DNA of 64,000 nucleotides. It comes from the human T2T-CHM13v2.0 reference genome, Homo sapiens. A program made the position numbers and the translations under genes. A model generated the notes under the pieces. The model saw only the letters and a list, made by a program, of their open reading frames with translations. It did no database searches and was not told where the DNA came from. The stretch lies in assembly GCF_009914755.1 (NCBI RefSeq), contig NC_060933.1. One strand, 5' to 3'. Within the stretch, counting starts at the first letter, position 1, and each line of letters starts with the position of its first letter. Positions 57,570 to 64,000 of this stretch are shown piece after piece.

Positions 57570-57951
57570 TGCTGTGGTTTGAATGTGTCCCCCAAAGTTC
57601 ATGTGTTGGAAAGCTTGGTCCCCAATGTGGCAGTGTTAGGAGGTGAGGCCTAATGGGAGGTGTTTGGGTCATGGGGCGTACCACTTTCATAAATGGATTA
57701 ATGCTGCTTATTATAGAAGTGAATTTGTTATAAAAAGATGAGTTTATACTCCACTCCCACCAACCCTCCACTCTGCCTTCTCTTTGCCCTTCCACCATGG
57801 AATAATGCAACAAGAATGCCTTCACCAGGTGCAGCCCCCCTGATCTTGGACTTCCTAGGACCCAGAACCATGAGGTAATAAATTTCTGTCCATTGTAAAT
57901 TATCCAGTGTGTCGTTTTTTCTGTTACAGCAACACACAATGGACTAAGGCA
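57570..57951 (+). mobile_element. MaLR MST-type solo LTR
   Basis: tgctgtggtttgaatgtg...ggactaaggca; TSD atgcc/atgtc. Confidence 0.85.
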
Positions 57952-58729
57952 ATGTCCATCGCATTTAGCAGGTACATAAATATTTGTTGAAGGAATAAAT
58001 GAATAAACTTTATCTTTCTGGACCTCATCTTTCTCATCTATAAAACTGAGAAACATGACTAGATCAGAGATGTTAAACAATGTGGCCATTCCCTCTGCCT
58101 ATATCTGTGGCGGCAAATGCTAATCAATAGGGCAGTCTTTTCTGCTAACCCTATAATTGTACCCAAAATAAAACACATTACATGGTCAGTAAATTAATAC
58201 TGAAGGCCCTCTCTACATCTAAATTACATATATATAAATATACACACTCCATCATTATCTAAACATCCAGGCAACAGGGAAGATATTAACATTCGATCTA
58301 AACTTTGAATATAAACATGTATTATACGACTACATAATAATTAGTTGTAATAAAAATACATACTCAAATGAGTTTACATTAAATAGCTAGATAGATTAAC
58401 ATGTAACAATCAGTATTTCTCCCACTTTTTATTTATTTCGTTGTGGAGAAGGAGCATCAGTACCTTTGTCTACATGGCAACCACTATTTATTACATAGGA
58501 TATGATATAATTGCCAATAACCTTACTAGCCTTTCATGGTGATTTAGAATCATGAAGGAAGTACTGGGCTTAAAGTCAGGAGACATGAGTTCTGATTCTG
58601 GCTCTGCCATGAATTCCCTGAGTAAAACTCCCTGGGCTAATTTCCTCTTCTGTATAATAAGAGTGTTGACGCAGATAACCTGTAGGGGTCCTTCAATTCT
58701 AGGCATTATTCATATCTATTGCATGCTCA

Positions 58730-59035
<306 letters not shown>

Positions 59036-59209
59036 TCAACAAATTCCATTCATTAATATGATTAAAAATGTGAATTTGACATAATAATTCTACCAGGTGT
59101 ATTATGGCCTTCCAGTTTCTAGAAGCTACTTACTTTTTCTTGTTAGAGGAACTTCCTGAAGATGACCAATGCAAAACGAGATCCCTTAATATGGTATTAC
59201 TTGTCTTTA

Positions 59210-59570
59210 CACATTGAGCATCCCTAATCTGAAAATCTGAAATATGAAATGCCCCCAAAATCTGAAAGTTTTTGAGCTCTGACATGATGCCACAGGTGGG
59301 TAATTTCACCCCTGACCTCATGTGATGGGTCACAATCAAAATGCAGTCAAAACTTTGTTTCATGCACAAAATTATTGAAAATAGTGTGTAAAATTACTTT
59401 CAAGCTGTGTGTAAAGTATATATGAAACATAAATGAATTTCATGTTTAGACTTGAGTCCCATCCCCAAGATATATCATTATGTATATGTAAATATTCCAA
59501 AATCTGAAAAAAATCTGAAATCTGAAATACTTCTGGTCCCAAGCAGTTCAGATCAGGAACACTCAACCTA
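59210..59570. mobile_element. Tigger4/MER46-like DNA transposon, opposite orientation to the copy at 25295
   Basis: ttgagcatccctaatctgaaaatctgaaat...ctcaacct; ORF 59372..59566 (-) parallels ORF 25299..25508 (+). Confidence 0.85.
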
Positions 59571-59855
<285 letters not shown>

Positions 59856-61728
59856 TAAAATCAACATAGTACACATGTACTAGGAAGGGGCAGTTTAGTA
59901 GAGTCGAAAGTGCAATAAACTGGTATTGCACCCAGCTTCTAGTCTTTCTTTTGTTGCTAACTTACCATGTCACTTTGGGCAAATTCCTTTAGTTCTGTGT
60001 GACTCAATTTCCTAATACCTATAGTATAGATAATACTTTCTTCCATGCAGTGAAACTCAAATGAAATACTAAAGTAAAAGATTTTGTAAACTAGAAAGCA
60101 CCATGCATATATAAGGGATTATTATTATTATTATTATTACTGACACTAAAAAATAAACTGGAGAACCTTTTTCCTGATAGGAAAATTTACATCCTGGAAA
60201 TTATGAGATTAAACCTAAAGCCTTAGTTCAGTCTTTCATTATTTCTTTCCAATTTAAAGCACTCAAGACAATTTCGTACATGCAGCACTTTTCATAAATT
60301 AGGCTGTAAATTATATTTGTTATTTAAACCTGTAAACCTCAAATCCTTTTTGGAACAAACTATTTGTTTTAAAAAAAGTAATGCATATTTGGAAATCATA
60401 TTTGAAGGTTAGTAAAAATTTTGATGTGTATGTTTATAATTCATAACTACATTATTTGCATGACCTTGAAAATGATATTGACCCTTCCTCTCAGAGTCTC
60501 AGATTTGCTGTATTTAAAATGAAGAGTTGAGTTTAGGATTTTAAAGAAACCCAACTGGAACAACTCTTGGATTATTAAGTTCCCTTCTAGATCTTAAATT
60601 TTATGATTTTATGACCCATATCTCACAATACCCAAGACATTTCTTTTGTGTTATTTTTGAAGTATCGTACAAGTGGTTTTGAGGCATATGTTAAAATATA
60701 GTAATTTTAAAATGATGGCACAAATCATATTTTGTAGATGGTCATAAACCTCAGTAAGATTTATAAAGCCTTAGCTAGAAGAGGACTCCAAAGTGCCCAA
60801 CCATGCTAATAATCACTGCTACTCTCTTTCTATTTTTTGTCTCTTGACCTATAGGAAGCAGTATCTTTATTCTTCAAAACCAAACACATACTTTTATAGC
60901 AAACCTGGTAAAATATAAGCCAGGTCATGCACTCCTTTGCTCAAAATCCCCCAGTGGCTCCCCTTTTCACTCTCAAAGCTGAAATTAAAGTTCTAGGGCT
61001 CCTTCTGGTCCCCACAGCACATTGCTGTGGATAAGACATGGGAACTCCTTGCTCTAGGTGGAAGCAGCCCTAAACTAGGGTATGTGGCCGGGGGAGTGGA
61101 GCACAGGCTAGATTTCAGCCTCGATTCACTTGATTGCTTAGGTACTTTGTCCACGGCACAACTGTTTACAGAAGCCCTGAAGAGTCTCTCTAATGCCTTA
61201 AATGACCTTCCCTTGCTCCCTCACTTTTTCCTTACCTGACCTCACTTCCTACTCCTCTTCTCACTCCTCTGCAGTCACACTGGCCTCCTTGCCATTCTTG
61301 GAGCACCAGGCATGCCCATGCCTCAGGGCATTTGCACGTGCTGTTCTCCACCAGGTACTTCCTTCTAGATAGCCACAGGAATTGCTTCTTCACCTCCTTT
61401 CAGCTCTTGACTCAAACACCATCCTCTTAGTGAAACTTAAGCCCAGTCAGCTTGTCTAAAATTACAATGCATCCTCTCACCTTATTTTCTTTCCCTGCTC
61501 TATTTTTCTTCATATCAGCCATCACCATCTATTCATAAAGCTTTATTTATTTATCATGTTTGTGTCTCCCCAGTTAGAATTTAAGTTTCATGATGGCCTG
61601 GATTTTGGGGAGCCTGTTTTGTTTATTCCTTTATTCCCAGAGACTGGAATAGTGCCAGGTATATAGGGGGTGTCCAGGGTGTACATAGGATACTCAATGC
61701 ATATTTATTGAATAAAGGAATAAATAGA

Positions 61729-62009
61729 GGACAGGTGTGGTGGCTCATGCCTGTGATCCTAGCACTTTGGAAGGCTGAGGCAGTAGGAGTGCTTGAGCCC
61801 AGGCATTTGAGATCATCCGGGGAAACACAGTGAGACTCGTATCTGCAAAATATAAAAAAAAGTAACTGGGTTCAGTGGTGGGCACCTGTAGTCCCAGCTA
61901 CTGAGGTGGGAAGATCACTTGAGCCCAGGAGATCGAGGCTGCAGTGAGCCACGATCATGCCACTGCACTCCAGCCTGGGTGACAGAGCGAGAACCTGTCT
62001 TAAAAAAAA
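61729..62009 (+). mobile_element. Alu (AluJ-like) after an L2 3' end (~60880-61715)
   Basis: Forward diverged Alu. Confidence 0.88.
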
Positions 62010-62205
62010 GAATAAATATTTGCTGAATGAATGCATGAATAAATGAATGAATAACGGCACACATTACATCGTATTGTGACGGTTTGTTCCTTGAGGACAG
62101 GAATTGCATCTTACTCAAGTTCACATGTCACCACCCACTTCCCAGACTAGCAGACTTTATGTCTTAGTGAACACTCACTGAATACATGTATGGAACAAGT
62201 TATAC

Positions 62206-62377
62206 CTTTAACCAAAGCTTCTCTCTTCAAAGCTGAAACAATTGAACGAAACTGTGGGTGAGTTTTATCTCCCAGGGAAAGAGCATACGCAGAAATGGCC
62301 AATGTAAAGGTGCTCTGGGCTGGCAGTGTATTTTCAAGCAGAAAGTTGTCAGCTTTAATTAGAGCTGTGTCGATTTT
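62206..62377 (-). CDS. C5: C5 exon 28 (172 nt): [57 protein letters not shown](G)
   Basis: ttccag|AAA ... AAAG|gtataa; phase fits. Confidence 0.96.
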
Positions 62378-62702
62378 CTGGAAACAAGAGAAGATACTTC
62401 AGTTTCTATGTCAAGCAACCACCTATCAATTGATATGAACTACCCTCAGATCCCACTATCCTGGAGCAAGCAATATGGGGGTGAAAAGAGGACTGACCTA
62501 ATGGAAATGGATGGCTTCTCAGTGAAGCAAATCCCTCCGAGAGAAGGAGCAGAGCATAATCTTGGAAGGGACAATGAGGTTGTCCAAATCAGGTTAAGCT
62601 TTTTGCCTCTGAATTCTCACTTTCCTTTTAGAGGTTTTGTGCCTTTAGTTTCTGAGTACACCATCAGACCTAGCCTCCAGGAAGAAAAGGCACCGAGCAT
62701 AG

Positions 62703-63018
<316 letters not shown>

Positions 63019-63966
63019 CATAGACACAACTTTTATTGTTCCCTCTCAGCGTAGTTGCAACAGGCACACAGGTTCAAAAGGAGTTACACTTAAAAAAATA
63101 AATAAATAAAACAATAAGTAGCAGAAAGAAACCCTAACTGCCACAGTACTTTTAGATCCTAAGAATGCCTGGGTAAATAGTCCCGATCACTAGTCCTGAC
63201 GCCACCAAAATGGTTGTGTTGGGCAAGTGGGCCAGCAGAAAGCCTGCTGCGATGCTGCTAACATCCTGCCTGCCTCCTCTCCCAGCTCCACATGCATCTC
63301 TCACCCATGTGGCCACTAGGTGCCTGGGAACTAGTCTTCATTGATTATTTTGTCTTGTTAAGCTTCTGAAACAAACTGAAAACAAATGGTTTTGTTTTGT
63401 GCTTCCAGTTTTGCAAATCCACTTGAGATTTTCCATCTCAACCTTGGAAATCTTCTATGTTGATTTACTTAGGTGGCTCATCACTTTTCTCCCGTTTCCA
63501 AGCAAATGTTGTTTGGAAGGATTTGGAGGATACACATTTGCTGTTGTGTATCCTCAGTACTTGCATGATACAGAATGCTTTCACTATAGGATAACAGTAA
63601 CATATAAAGCAGGATTTAGCAAAGATAAGACAGAGAAGCTGGGGGCACTGGATCATTCTTCCATCCCAGTCCCAGCTATCAGTTTTAGACCCAGCTCTAC
63701 AATTTATTAGCCTGTGACACTGGGAAACTGAATTCACCTTACTTAGTCCTCAGCTTTCTCAACTGCCGATGAGTAGGTTGGACTAGGTGGTCTCTAATAT
63801 CTATCATTGTTCTGAAATCTTTCAATTCTGGAGTTTAAGTTATTTTCAAGTTATTGGAAAGAAGGAAAAGAAGCTTTTGAAACAAAAGGTCTTCTGATTG
63901 GTGGCCCCTCCAGTATATAGTACAGAAATAGATGATGGGTGTGAGAGAAAGAAAACTCTTACTTAC

Positions 63967-64000
63967 CACCAGGGGGCATATATCGAAAGCCTTTCTAATT
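63967..64000 (-). CDS. C5: C5 exon 27, 3' part only (...IRKAFDICPLV), cut by the window edge
   Basis: GTG|gtaagt donor at 63967/63966; in frame with exon 28. Confidence 0.92.

Overview
Human (or very close primate) genomic DNA from the TRAF1-C5 locus (9q33 rheumatoid-arthritis risk region); both genes are on the minus strand. Right half (~34,475-64,000): the 3' end of complement C5. I hand-spliced exons 27 (partial) to 41 at GT-AG sites, and they give one open frame ending ...[12 protein letters not shown]. Left part (1-~11,300): the 5' end of TRAF1, with a CpG-island promoter, a 5'UTR exon, two coding exons (M1-K76) and several NF-kB sites. The ~23 kb between the genes is repeat-rich (Alu, L2, MaLR LTRs, DNA transposons) and holds a candidate terminal exon of the C5 3'-overlapping lncRNA. 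I found no new protein-coding gene or multi-gene system; nearly all other ORFs in the track are repeat-derived or chance. Best second-look items: (1) a complex templated insertion in TRAF1 intron 3 (fold-back fragments plus a 180-bp copy of intron 2); (2) a ~565-bp non-transposon direct duplication upstream of TRAF1; (3) a 10-codon uORF whose Kozak context is set by the splice junction; (4) C5 exons that start with GT and rebuild 5' splice sites at exon junctions (recursive-splicing candidates, best case exon 29). Gene names, exon and residue numbers and SNP IDs are from memory and were not checked in a database; repeat subfamily calls and percent identities are by eye.
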